DNA of 60,789 nt, filler included, from Sluysia triapertura (GCA_046118255.1; 5 parts of 5 records of this genome joined end to end with filler, not necessarily neighbours in it), one strand, 5' to 3'; shown: positions 14,558-28,356, counted from the whole stretch's first letter. Program-made: numbers and translations. Notes: generated by a model not told the origin, from the letters alone.

Positions 14558-15011
14558 AACTGCAACATTAAAATATCCAAAAAACATTCATCTTTTGAAG
14601 AATTATTACATCTGAAGATCAATGAATAAGTATGATATTTTTTGTAAGATCTTGGCATAGATACCTGCCTTAAAATCCACGTAAAATAACTTTTTTTCGA
14701 AACTCAAGCATTAACCTGAGTCAAAATCCTAATTAAAATACCAATTTTATTTTATCCAGGGGAAATCCTGAGCTTGTTATATTTGTTTATATATTTTTAT
14801 CATTTGTCATATATATTTTATCCTCATATTTTTGTTGAAAAAATAAATAATCATTGAGAATTCTTTACATTTTACATTTGAATTTAGTAATAAACACTTT
14901 TGTAATTAATTTTCGATTTACTAATTGTTAAATAACTTTATAAGTCTTTTTTAATTAAAATTTCTAAAGAATTAATTGATAAAAGAATAAGTATATCGAA
15001 AGGTAGCAAAA

Positions 15012-15167
15012 TGTTAGAATTCGTAAAATGGAATGACCGGGGATCGAACGCGGGACCATCGTCTGCGCAGTCGATGCTCTACCACTGAGCTATCAGCCCC
15101 GTCTAACGATTTTATTTTATTATAGTCAATTTTACCAAATGGCACCTTAGGCTTTTTTACCCCAACA
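15012..15167 (-). mobile_element. 156-bp TG...CA-bounded repeat with internal tRNA-like cassette (solo-LTR/TRIM-like or SINE-like), intact copy
   Basis: The minus strand reads TGTTGGGG, about 60 nt, GGGGCTGATAGCTCAGTGGTAGAGCATCGACTGCGCAGACGATGGTCCCGCGTTCGATCCCCGGTCATTCCA, then TTTTACGAATTCTAACA. It is homologous end-to-end to 48274-48358 + 49711-49775. Confidence 0.75.
15029..15100 (-). pseudogene. tRNA-like sequence (closest to tRNA-Ala by eye) inside the repeat; A and B boxes retained
   Basis: A box TAGCTCAGTGG, D stem GCTC/GAGC, B box GTTCGATCC, acceptor GGGCTGA/TCA(T/G)TCC, followed by TTTT. The anticodon arm is irregular. Confidence 0.7.
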
Positions 15168-18100
15168 CTAACACATATAGTTAGAATTGCCTAATGATAT
15201 AAAGTAAATTTAGAATTTTAAATTAGATTAGATGTCATGCAATATTTAATAGTCTGTTAGTGTGAATTTTATTAAAAAGTGTATGAAGTTTACAATAAGT
15301 CTAATTGCTGATGCCTGTTGGTTACGTATTTGAGATGAATTGAGATTGAAGTTTAATTTTATTTATGGTGGTGTAAGTCAATTGCCAAAGTTGAAATTCA
15401 TTGTAGAAATCTTACTTTTTCAGATGCTACATATTCTACAGTTAAAAATTACACTACACTACTTTACATGAATCATGCACAGTTTAGATTAAAAAATTTC
15501 CAGGTATTTTTGGTAATGATCAAGGTGTCACGTTTTAATTTAATAGATGGAATTTCGCATTGTTAATAATTTGTTCATGTTCACTTTTGTAAGGAACATT
15601 AAGTACCCAATTAATGTTGATAAATAAACAATTATAACTCTTTTTGTAATAATTATAATTATTTTCGTAATAATTTCTTCATGTTTAGCTTAGTAAGGGA
15701 TATTAAGTCCCAATATATATTGATAAATTAATTAAAATTTATTACTTCTTATAATTATAATACTTCTTTGAAACTAAAAAAATAAAATCATAGAAAAATC
15801 AAAGAGGTCAACATTTACACTTAAAAATAAGTGTTTACGTAATCATATCATGCATACATTCACATACTAAGTACATAAAGCTCTTTAAAGCACATAACAA
15901 TACCAGATAAAATTTGATGCACACAGTATTATTATTGTTAGTGATTTTAAATTTATTTGACAGCAGGAACCAGATTCTTCAAATCTCTTACAGTCAATTT
16001 ACATTATCATTAGTTTTTAATATGTAGAATGGGTGCACTTTTAAATAGCATCATAAACTAGCACGCAAAATATTTTGTAACTATTTTTGAATAGACATTT
16101 TAAATAGCTTGCTACAATTATCACTAAAATACTTTTGAATTATTTAAAGATCCTAATCGTTAAATAAGCAAAATTTAGTAATACATTGTGTACTTATTCT
16201 TGTGTATAATATATTGCTTTGTATAATAATTTTTATAAAAATATTAATCTATTGTTACCATCATATTTTTAAATTACAGCGCCCTTGTAACTAATGGAGA
16301 TAACGTTAGTGGAAGTAAAAACTGCAAATTATTTTCAAACCTCATTTTAAAATAGAGGTGTAAACTCTTAACACTCATTAAACTTTAATTAATTTTGAAA
16401 ACCTCAATTTAAATATGAGTCTGAAGTCACCTATTAATTTAAATATAAAAACGATCTGATTTTGAGCTATATTTGAGTCTAGCATTAGTACAAAAGATTA
16501 TTTGACCTTCATAATTAAAACTTTGTAAATTCTGCGGCAAGCAATTTACTGTAAGAATTTGATCACTCGAATTCATTAATCTAAGCTTTCCATTTATGAA
16601 GGTAGGTTTCTTTCATTAAATTATATCATGCCTTAATAACTACAGTCATATTCTATAGTATTTTCTATTAATGATATTGTTAAGGTATAAATTCGAATAT
16701 TAAATTTTAGTTAAAAATATTATAAATTAATTTCGGTTAAAAATATTAATAATATTATAAATAAGCTAAAATATTTAATGTTTAATTTTAATTAAATCAA
16801 TAAAATTATTAAATTATTATTAAAATATTAATTTAAATTAAATAGAATTAAAATATTAATAATAATGAATAATTTAAATAAAATTAAAATATTAATAATA
16901 TTTTAAATTGTTTTTGTTTTAAAATTGTTTTAAACACTGTTGTTATGGTTACCAGTAAAAAAAATTACTATAAAGAATGATTATTGTAATTGTTTTAAGA
17001 AGAATTGTATTTTGGATATTGATTATTTTAAGAAGAATTGTATCTTAATATTGTTACAGAAGAATTATTATGAAGGGACACTTGTATTAGAACGAATCTT
17101 TCTTTTAACACATAAACCTTATAATATATTATAAAGAAATAATTATTCTAAAATTAATTTCTCTTAGTCCATTTCTTTCTATGCCTTATCGAATAATATG
17201 CCAATTTCATTTAAGTATTACTTAAATTCCTACTATTTGTTTTGCCGTTTTACACATTCATATCCATTTATTTTATTTTTGTTTACATTTATTTCTTCAT
17301 TTTTATTTTAATAAGATTTTGCTAATTTTGTTACTTTCACATATTTTTCATTTTTGGTGCTTCTTTTAAAATTAAGATATTTTAATTTTGTGCTAATAAT
17401 TTATTTTATGATTATCAAATTGGTTTAAGATTTATTCAAAGTTTTATTCACTTATTACATTATAAATAAATTATAAATCTTATAATATATAAATTCTTTT
17501 AACATTATAAAATTTTTTACTCAAATATATTGTGAATAAAAACTCAAATTTCAAAATTTTGTCAACTTTAATAATCGATAATTTCTGCCACTAAATAATT
17601 GCTTTAATTTATTTATTTCTAGATTTACTGATAAAAAAAATTATTTTTCAAATTAAGATTTAAAATGAATTATTCATTATATATTGATTACAATCATAAT
17701 ATAATTATTAATAAATAAAATTTTATTATACAGTTATTAAAATAAATATTTTATCATTTTCAATTTTATTTAAATGAAATATTTTGTTTAAAATGAAAAA
17801 AACTTTCAACAATATTTTTTATTGAATAAACTCAATTTTATATACTATGGCTAATTAAATTGAACATTGTAGTTTTAATAATGCTAATATATAATTTATT
17901 TCCAGTTAAAACAATGGGGTCTATTAAAAAAATCAGAATAAACAATCAAATTCGATCTAATTTACTATAATGAAATCAATCGATTTAAATACTTATTGTT
18001 TTTTGACGATAAAAATTTAATATACTTATAAAATACTTATAATATACTCATAAAATACTTATAAAATTCATATAAACTTTAACAGTAAAATAAATGAAGT

Positions 18101-21100
18101 TTAAGTAATTGTATTGTTAAATTTTAAAATTATATTCAATTCATTATTTTAAATAAATAACGAAATTTTGGCTCTATTACGTTATTATTATCGACATTAA
18201 AATTGTCACATTGAAGATGATGATGCTATAAACTATGTTTAAACCCATTCAGTTTACAGTTCAGATCTTTCACAATTAGATTAATGATGCATTTTCTTCA
18301 TGATCGACAATTATCTAAATGAGGTCTCCATAAACAAAAAGTGGTATGAAAAGAAAGTTATTGATTTGATATGTAGTAAGAAATAAAGTTTTTACGGAAA
18401 AATGATAAATAAAAAATGTTTGTATTTATAAATTCATTAAAATAAGCAACGCTCATTTAGATAAATTTTTCCAATTTCGACGGTAACTTGCTGTAAAATT
18501 CTTTCGATTTGGAGCTGAAATTTTCGAGTTATCCGTAGATAGTAATCTAATTGAATACAGTCAGAACGACACTGGGATGTGACATAATTTTCTAAATAAA
18601 TTTTGCAAATGCTGGTTGACCTTCTAACATTTTCTGATATAATCAATCTTCACTAATATAAACAAGGAAGGAAGCTACCGTTTTTGGAAACAATTATTAA
18701 CACAAAACAAAATTCAGAACTAGAATCACAATCAGGAATTAAATAGATAATATTTAAAAGTAATTAAATATATCTCTTTTGAAAATTTGTGTTAATATCT
18801 ACTTAAAACATTTTATTCTTCATAATATTTTTGAAATATAAAAATATGAATTCACATTATATTTCGTAAATGAGTAATTCAGTTTTGATGAAATTTTAAC
18901 ACTTTGAAATTTATTTTATCTCTTATTATGTTATGTATTAATAATCAAAGAATTGTGTCTTTTTAGTTTAACCCTTTGCCCGACTAATAAAATAGAAAAA
19001 CACTTTCAAAAAACGTCTACTTTTTCTTTAATGTATAATTTAAAATGTTAAATTAAATTTTTACATATTTTAATTTATCAACTTATAATTGGACACACAT
19101 GAGACTTGTGGTATGTTGTAATAATTATGGGAAGCCGATGAACCTAACTGGGTATTAATTGTTGAATAGCAACAGTACGTGTATAGGGATAGTCTTTGAA
19201 GGAGTTAGATGATTAAAAGAATTATGAATAGAAAAACAAATGAAATAATAGAATGAACTGTAATGTACTTCAAATTTAACATAGAAGCAATTTCAACAGC
19301 TGAATGGTTGGCTAAATATGATTTTGCATTAATTTTTCGTAATTTAAAAAAAATTAATTTTTAAATTTAATTAAGTTAATCAATCAGAATTTCAAAAATT
19401 ATGAAATGTGATGACAAAACCCGTGTTAAGTATTTGATTGCAGATTTTTGAATACATAGATTTGACATAATATAATATATTTTATATAAATTGTTATTTT
19501 TAAACTTTTCGGTTCGCTCTTTATGAAAAGAGCATTTTACTTAAGGTGTAAAAATTTTGAAGCAAAATACACTATATTGTAACAACAAACATTAACAGTG
19601 TATGCACTAGTCACCATGAGTTTACCTATATGCGACCATAAACGAAAATGAGCTTATTTTTCTGAACGCACATGTGCCTCATAGTATTCGAAGGATTAAG
19701 TACAATTATTAAGTTTCAAAATTTCTTAATTTTGCAAGATTTTTATATTAAAAGATTTTTACAAAATAAACTGAAGGTCAAGTTCACCTAATAAGCACGG
19801 AGGACGTTTTATTAGGCTTTTGGAATAAGTAGCTTAGTCTTAATTTTCAAGTTAACAAGTAACACTTAGTCACGTTTCAAAGTAGTCTTTATTTTAATTA
19901 TTTCAATTAAAGACGTAATTGAAAATTATAAATGAAATGAGCCTTTGTGGTTCTAATTAAAAAATAAACGTTAAGATAACCTTTATGGCCAACTGTTAGA
20001 AAATTAATTGAATTTTATTTTTATTTTAATGTTATACTAGCCGTTAAGATCTAGCATATACTTATAGAGATTTTAAACTATAACGAAGTCAGTCTAAACG
20101 CACTTAAATTTTATTATTAAAAATGTTAACAACGTAATACAGGTATACAAAACAGTCGCGCAATACAATAATAATAGTTTATTGTAATAAAAAATTTCTT
20201 AATATTGTAACAAATTTTGAAAGATTAGATTAATCTATCCGTCATGTTGTAGCAAAATTTAAAGATTTTGAGTAAGATTTTGATTATTCCTTATCGGTAA
20301 GAAATATCTTAAATAAAAACCAAATTATTTCGTCATGATTAATAATAATTCCTGGTTACCATATTGGAATTTCCAATATGGCTGCCATTGTTTATTAAAA
20401 ATGTAATTGATTTATTTAAACAATAATTTTTTAAATATTTATTTTAAAAAAGTATTTTTAGTTTTAATTTTTTAATAATATTTTAATTTTTTAATAATTT
20501 TAATATTTTAATTTTAATTTTACAAATTTACAAAACCAATTTTTAAATTTATATTTATAAATAATTATAATAAAATCTAATAAAACAATTATCACAAATT
20601 TACAAATTCACACGTAACCGAAAACTAACCAAAAACACAAATTTACATTTAGTAACTCAACAATGTGTTAAAGATTTTCTAATATTGTAATCTATAAAAA
20701 GTTTTGTATTTAATTTAATTAATATATGAAATCTTTAAATTAATTTTCATCGATTGATTTAATATTAGTTTCACATTAGGGATTTTCTTACACCCAAAGA
20801 AAATAATATGCCATTATTATAAAAAAATTAATTTAAATTAAAATTTTCAATTTTGGAAATAATAAAATATTTGAAACCCAAAATTAATATATCTTTAAGA
20901 TATAACATTTTGTACAATTTATATTTCAAAAATATGCAGAGAATATTAAATTACTGGAAGATTATGAAATATTTAAGAAAAATACAATTTGTTCTATTTC
21001 GGAAATAGATATATTTTGAGGACTTTTGAGTACTTATATATATTAAATTAATATATTATTTATTTTTGTTAATATCTAAATTAATATAAAACATTTTAAA

Positions 21101-23583
21101 ATTTATTCAAATTTATTATGATGTACTTTTAAATTAAAAATTGCAGTATTTTATTTTTTTTGTAAAACAGCATATGATATTTTTTGTGAATTCTATTTCA
21201 CATTATAATACTGAAAAGGAAAAATATTTCTTCTAAATTTCTTTAAGTTACAAGATGAATTAAAATTATTTTCTTTTTTTGTTTTATTATTATTTATTCA
21301 TTTCTATTATTTTCGACGCATGTGAATATCTTACATTTTGTAGAAAGATACGTTGGACAACTCTGAATGTTTTAAAATAAGCAGTAATACATTAATAAAT
21401 TAGAAAATATTAAATTTAATATTTAAATTAATGAAACTTAATTATCTTACTGTATAATATATTTTGGATTATATCGGCCCAGCAAGTATGGTTTATATTT
21501 TTAAATACTAAAATCACTTTACTTACGACATATAACAGAAATAGATTTATATAATGAAATTTTAATTAACTGATCGGAAATTAATTTTTTACTAAATTAA
21601 TATATTTCTTACAAGTGAAACCTTTAACTGCTCAGACAAATTAAACCCAGCACAATTACACGAGCTTGTAGAGAAATTGCTTTAGTCTCATAAAGTGGAA
21701 ATTTTAATGGGTTTGCCGATAGGTTAACACTCCTGTAGGATTTTAAACTAATAATAACTTAATAGATTCTTTCGCTGTTATATCTAAAATCTGAGTGTCT
21801 TCAATAATTTTATAATTCCACGTTATAATTAAATATTAATTAAAATTTTTAATTAGATAAGTACATTAGAAGTAATAAAATTAAATCCATTTAATTGAAA
21901 AGGAAACCCTCAAACATTTGATAAGGAAGAAAAGGTTAATCCATTATTCATATAATAAAGGAAAAGGTTATAATAAAGTAATAACTAAAGTCCATATTAT
22001 TAGGCAACTGATAAAACCAGGGACTTTTAGAAAGATTTGTTTAATAATCTATAGATAAATCGTTGATTTGTAGATTATAGGCGAACCATCCACATTTATT
22101 TTGTCATTTCAGGTAAAAAGACTTGCATTAATAATAAATACATCTTTTTCATTGTCAGTTCAGGAACACATTAAGGCATATTTATACCAACGATCATCTT
22201 CCTATCTTGTTTTGAATATAGCACAAGATTCAACATATAAATTTGAATGTTTATTTCCATTTCAAAGACCTAGTTAGATATAAAATTCATCTATCTTATT
22301 GATTTATTTTTGAATATTAATGTTATTATGTGGTTGGTAGAAATTCTTACTTTTTTGTAGAGGACTCCGTCAAACTCTAATAAATATTTTAAAGGCTTTA
22401 AGCTTGATGATTTACAATGTATATAGCATAAACCGATTATTCCGAATTTCCGATTAAATATTTTCATTATTTATTATGATTCAACTGATAACTTATGTCA
22501 ATTTTTCGACCAGCTGTTAAATATAGTACTTTTTTTATCTTGGTAAGGCTATGAAATAAACCCATGATTTAATATATAATTTTAAAGTAGCAAGAATAAT
22601 AAAAACACAAAAAAACAAAATTTCAAAGAAAAACAATTTTCAGAATTCTCGAAGTAATTTTATTCATGATAAAGATTGTTTTTTATTTTTTTTATTTTAA
22701 AATTTCTAAAAAGGCCTTGGACGTTAATTTTAAATACTGCTTTTATTGAAATTTAGTTTATTGCTCAAAATCGGTAAACTATTTTTTCTTAAACGAATCA
22801 CCAAAACCTCCTAAACAAATTACCACTAAAATTGATATTAAAATTAACTATATATTTATATAATCATTAGAAATAAAAATTACTATTTGTATAGACGAAA
22901 AATAGTGATATAGTTAAATAAAATTTTGTTTCAATATTTTAAACACTTAATAAAATAAATAAAAGGCTTTATTGGAATATTCATTGATGAAATGAGTTAA
23001 ATCATTCTAATACAATTTTGTGAATTTCAGTTTCTTATTTTTCATTACTTGGCTTCGGTAATTTTCCAAGAAAAAGAACCTTTAATTGCGTAAATTATCA
23101 ACCAATATCAATATACTTTACCGTAGACCTCCTAATGAAATCGTCATGTTGAAATTGCGAGAGAAAATAAGTGAATCGGAATTACTTTATTTTTAATGAT
23201 AAATACGAATTTAAAAATTTAATTTTTAAAAATTGATATGGAATTAACAAAATCGTGCAAATTTATGCAAAATTTGTTTATTTTCCGAATTTTTTTCTTA
23301 TTATCAATGGAATTACTAAACAAATGTGTTAAATAAACTGAAACTTGTAAATACAATTGAATTTAGTTTTAAAGTGCTTAGACCTATACATTTATTCCGA
23401 TTTAACACCGAAACGAAGCAGTTTAAATAAAAGAAAATGTATTATAGCAGATATAAGATTGATTGGAGATGTAATTACTCATTTAAAAATGACAAGATAA
23501 AACTTTAAATACGTTTGCATATTTTAAATTGGTGAGTACTTCAATAAGGATGTTTAATATTGGAAGAATAGAAATAAATTACA

Positions 23584-24290
23584 CTACCTCTGTCCAAAAA
23601 TATGGTATGCATTTAACAAATTTAACAATTTTATTAAAAAAACATAATTCTTCAGGTTATACAAACCATAAAAACAGGGATATAAATAAGATAAAATAAA
23701 TAAATAGGGATATTTCAATTTAACAACGATGACACTGAATCAACAGCTTCTATGGAACATCGTAAAGTTGATAGAAATTGTCCCTCCTTTTGCTAACATG
23801 GTTGCTTCTAGGCAAGATTACAATGTCAGAAATGTATTGTCGAGTTTTTCTATATTTAATGCTATAAATGCATTTTGCACACATTCAATTAATTCATCAA
23901 TGTACTCAGTGACGCTGTATGTTGTAACGATTGAATTGAATTGAAAAAACCAAGATTCAATACATTGAAATCTGGACTATTGTGAGGTTGTAATTTAGGT
24001 TGGTTTGACCAATCATATTTTGACTCTTCTCTTAAAACTTCATCGTCATCACAAAAAGAGTGAGGTTTTCCATTATCAAGCTGCATATAAATTGTTTTGT
24101 GCTTCTCACTTCTTGGAAATTTTGATTTTATTGCCGGAATTGTTTTTTCCATGATCATTTTCTTGCATAATTTTGCTGTAACTGACTCCATACTTTTTGT
24201 GATTAGTGTTCCCGTTGCTCTATTTTTGAATTTATTTTGGCCGGCTCTTGATAGACAAAAGGCCAATTTTTCCATCGAAACTTTGAGTTT
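23584..24290 (-). mobile_element. Tc1/mariner DD39D (plant-MLE/Stowaway-type) transposase relic with one TIR
   Basis: IPAIKSKFP..IYMQLDNGKPH..QPHNSPDFNVLNLGFFNSIQSLQ has 39 residues between the 2nd D and the (mutated) 3rd D; downstream VQNAF..FLTL*SC..KGG; terminal CTACCTCTGTCCAAAAATA resembles the Stowaway TIR. Confidence 0.85.
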
Positions 24291-24385
24291 TGTGAGTTTG
24301 TAGTGTTTGTATTCAAATTATTGGTATGTTTTAATTGTTTATAGATGGTTATTCTATTATTTGATTTGTAATTTAAATAACAAAT

Positions 24386-24637
24386 TTTAAACGCTAATGA
24401 ATGAAAACTCTTAATATCTGAATGCACTAAAACGTAAACTAAAGGATTATCTGATTTATACTTTTCATCGTAAGTTTTAAACACAAATGAACAAAAACTC
24501 TTAATGTCTAAATACATTAAAAAGTAAACTAAAGGATTATTTGAATTATACTTTTCATAATAAGTTTTAAATACAAATGAACAAAAATTCTTAATGTCTA
24601 AATATATTGAAAAGTAAACTAAAGGATTAATTGAATT
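24386..24637. repeat. 90-bp tandem repeat, about 2.8 copies, running into the gap
   Basis: AAAGGATTA recurs at 24441, 24531 and 24621. Confidence 0.9.
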
Positions 24638-25429
24638 NNNNNNNNNNNNNNNNNNNNNNNNNNNNNNNNNNNNNNNNNNNNTTAATTAATTAANNNNNNN
24701 NNNNNNNNNNNNNNNNNNNNNNNNNNNNNNNNNNNNNTAGGACAGTACTGTTACATGAGTTGTGGTGATAAATTGTAGGTTATTGTTGAAAATGTACTGA
24801 AATTTTGCAGCGTGAATCAGTGGATTCTAATTACACAAAAAAGTACTTTGATCCTGTTTATAACTGCATTGTATTTAGACACCGATTATTAATGTTTTAA
24901 AATAAAACGTTGCCAACCGGAGTGAACAGTTTAGTAAGGAAATGTTCGCAGAATAAATGATTCAAGCTAGGCCAGTTTGCTGTTGTGATTCGCATATTTG
25001 ATGCTGCAACCTTGATTGTTGCAAAATACAAAACGCGACCAGCTGGAGCGAGGTTTGTTACTGTGACAGTAACTGCTGCCTATACTCCTAGTGCCTTAAT
25101 ATTGGTGAGGGCAGTCGAGGCGTCCTGTAAGGTCTCCATACATTTGTGCTCTATGGGAGGCCGCTTGACAACTGCCGCACATTGTCGTGCATCTACAGCT
25201 GAGGCGGCCGATGCCCTCGGAGGTATCGCCAGTAATCTCATGCCGTGTAGCTTATGACAAGTGCCTGAATGTTGCGCTGACATGTGATTGAATGAAACAA
25301 TGCTTGTGTGTTGCATTTGGTCAGCTAAACTGACACTTATGGAAGAGTCTAAATTGGCCGATGATTCTCCTCACGCATTATAAAATGCGGATATATTTAT
25401 TGTACCGCGAGGAATCCTCAGTGCTGAGG

Positions 25430-25696
25430 CGGGTGAGTGAGTGCTGAGGCGTGTGAGTGAGGGCAGCGAGTGATTGGTGGGGCCAGTGAGAGTGGTGAAG
25501 GTGCGTGAGGGCAGCGAGTGATTGGTTTGGCCAGTGAGTGAATGGTGAAGGTGCGCGAGGGCAGCGACTGATTGGTGGGGACAACGAGTGAGTGGTGAAG
25601 GTGCGTGAGGGCAGCGAGTGATTGGTGGGGCCAGTGAGTGAATGGTGAGGGTGGTTGAGGGCAGCGAGTGATTGGTGGAGCCAGTGAGCGAGTGGT
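25430..25696. repeat. About 50-bp G-rich minisatellite, about 5 copies
   Basis: Unit GAGGGCAGCGAGTGATTGGTGGGGCCAGTGAGTGA(A/G)TGGTGAAGGTGCGT. Confidence 0.92.
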
Positions 25697-25884
25697 TTCT
25701 CTGGTCTCCTTGGTTTCAGTTTATGACGTCACTGCTCGCCAGTTTATTAAAGTTGTATAACATGTATTGTCACTTTACGAAATGAAACTGCCTTGGTTTC
25801 CTGGAACAAATTAACCTTTTGGACACGTGAAATGCTTTAGTAACGCGCGTGGCAGAGGTCCATGTTTTTGACTGACGTGTCTGT

Positions 25885-26840
25885 GATATGTGACTGATTC
25901 AGCCCAGCTGTATGACTGATGCAGACCAGCTGTATAACTGATGTAGGCCAGCTCTATGACTGATGTAGAACGGCTGTTTGACTTATGTAGGCCAGCTCTA
26001 TTACTGATGCTGACCAGCTGTATGACTGATGCAGGCCAGCTATGTGACTGATGCAGACCAGCTGTATGATTAATGCAAAACAGATGAATGCTTGATGCAG
26101 GTCAGCTGTGCGACTGATGTAGGAAAGTTGGAGGAATAATTTAGACAAGCTGTATAACTGATGTAGACCATCTATATGACTGATGTAGGCCAGTTCTATG
26201 ACTAATGTTTAACACCTGTATGACTGATGTAGACGAGCTGTATGACTGATGTAGGCCTGCTCTATGTCTAATGTAGGACAGCTGTATGACTGATGTAGAC
26301 CAGCTATATGACTGCTGTAGGGCAGCTGTTTGAATGATACAGAGCAGCTATATGACTGATGCAAACCAGCTGTATGACTTATGTAGGCTATCTCTATGAC
26401 TGATGTAATCCAGCTGTATGATTGATATAGGCCAGCTCTAGGACTGATGTAGGCTAGCTGTGTGATTGATACAGAACAACTGTATACCTGATATACGCCA
26501 GCTGTGTGACTGATGTAGGAAAGGTGCATGAATAATGGAGGCACGCTGTATGCCTGATGCAGGCTAACTACGCAACCAATGTTAACCCGCTGTACTCCTT
26601 ATGTAGGCTACCGGCAAGACTAACGTAAGCCCGCTGTACGACTAATGCAGGCTACTAACATGACTGGTGTAAGATAACTGTATGATTGACGTAAACCAGC
26701 TGTATGGCTGATGTAGGCCAGCTGTATGACTAATATAGGCTAGCAGTTTGACTGATGTAGGCCATATGTGCGACGGATGTAAGACAACTGTATTACTGAT
26801 GTAGGCTACCTGTATGACTGATGTACGTCAGCTGTGTAGA
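25885..26840. repeat. 22-bp minisatellite, about 40 diverged copies
   Basis: Consensus CCAGCTGTATGACTGATGTAGG; it explains the repetitive minus-strand ORFs at 25954 and 26209. Confidence 0.95.
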
Positions 26841-28356
26841 GCTGTTGTCATCAGCTTTAGCTTCTGTGCATTTATTGATGTTTCCTGTAACGTTGCAGTT
26901 CCGAGTTACATTCCCGACAAGTGTAAAATTTCTTTACAAATCAGAAGATTGTTCATCGCGTAACTATTTAATATTAGCTTTTTGATTATTGGACGAAGTT
27001 GTTATTTTAATAAAATAATGTGAATTGCTTCGTTTTTCATGTATAGCAACCGCATTTGTATTGTCCCGGGAGTTCGGAGTTCGATTGCCCGATGCTCCAT
27101 TTCCATTAAGAAGCAGTATATTTTCTATAATATACCTGTCTACAGTGGTGAATTTCCCTAAGATGTGTACCTCTGCGGGTTGTTCACTGAATTATTCCGC
27201 ATTCAGGTAACACGTCTGGATGGCTCAGGTCAGCCAAGGAGAAATACTATCGATTCAGACTTAGCTGCTTGATCCCTTTTCAGATGTATCTTTCGAAAAC
27301 TGACGTGTTGGCTATTAAGAGAATTTTTTCCATTAACGCTACGTTTTCCATTTGAGACCACCGCTACGAAATGTACACGTGGGGTGTTATTTTGCTGAAA
27401 GTTAAATGCCAACAAACATGTTAAAATGCTGAGCTCTTAATTTCTTATGGTAAATTTTACAAACCTCTAATGTTCAACGGTAACAGCATTTCACACTCGA
27501 TAAAATTCTGACGTGCTATTCATAACTTAAATTGCTGCAGCATTATGTTCATATTGATAGTACGTAAGAGAGCTAATTCATACAACTGTCGCGGTACCGA
27601 TGCATGGTCGTGCGGAAAGTGCACCAGCGTAGAAAGCTCTAAAACAGAAAAAGATAGAAAATAGAGGCCTTCAAATGGTGTTGCCGAACAGCGACGCAGC
27701 GCTCACGCCGTAAATTTACGTTAAAATGTTGTACTTGTGAAATTACGGATTTTGCTGGGAGAGGCAGGCGGGAACGAGCAACATTGGTGAATACATGACT
27801 AACCATTTCATCCGCTGACCATCATATTTGAGGGAAATTTGTCATTTGCTGATTTCTGTGCCAAGGAGCGATGTATGAATCCGTCGAATACTGAAAATGC
27901 GACTTCTTATGGTTGTGTATCAGTATGCACAGACCTCTGTGCAGACAAGTCGGTCCAGACCGACAAACCTCCGCTTCCAACATGACTCGATGTGCAACGT
28001 TTGGTGAGGGGTACGGTACGCGAGGGTACGCGAGGGTCTCTTGCGATAGTGATATCGTTATCTCTATTCTGAACGATGAAAATGCAAGTAAGACTCATCT
28101 ACAAATGCGCGAATGAACGTGAATACTGGCGTAACTAAAAATTCCTTACGACGTGTGATGTGATTTGTTTTCAACCGGCTTTTAACCTATGAATAAACTT
28201 TCGTTTCTTGTCGCACGTAAATAAAAAATGAGTTCCTTCTTATCATACACAATACATAGCTACCCATTATTAGGTACATTTATATTAAAATAAGTCGTGC
28301 TGTCTTGTTAAAATCTCTATTTGTGTCTTAAATTTTTATTGCTTTTCAGTTTAATA

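Noticed and set aside
14995-15011. PBS after the tRNA-containing repeat (TTTTGCTACCTTTCGA on the minus strand)
   Set aside because: Only loosely like TGGTCCTTCGA-type primer sites and lacks TGG; not usable as evidence.
15029-15100. Functional tRNA gene
   Set aside because: The anticodon arm and T stem have mismatches, and it sits inside a dispersed repeat with a diverged second copy.
18240-18720. Penelope RT relic (KLPFLE motif)
   Set aside because: Only one short motif is recognisable, which is insufficient.
25885-26840. CRISPR-like array or repeat protein
   Set aside because: Units are contiguous with no unique spacers, no cas genes are present, and the 22-nt period is not a multiple of 3.
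27040-27105. tRNA/SINE head (GTTCGATT B-box-like)
   Set aside because: No convincing A box or cloverleaf, and no second copy.
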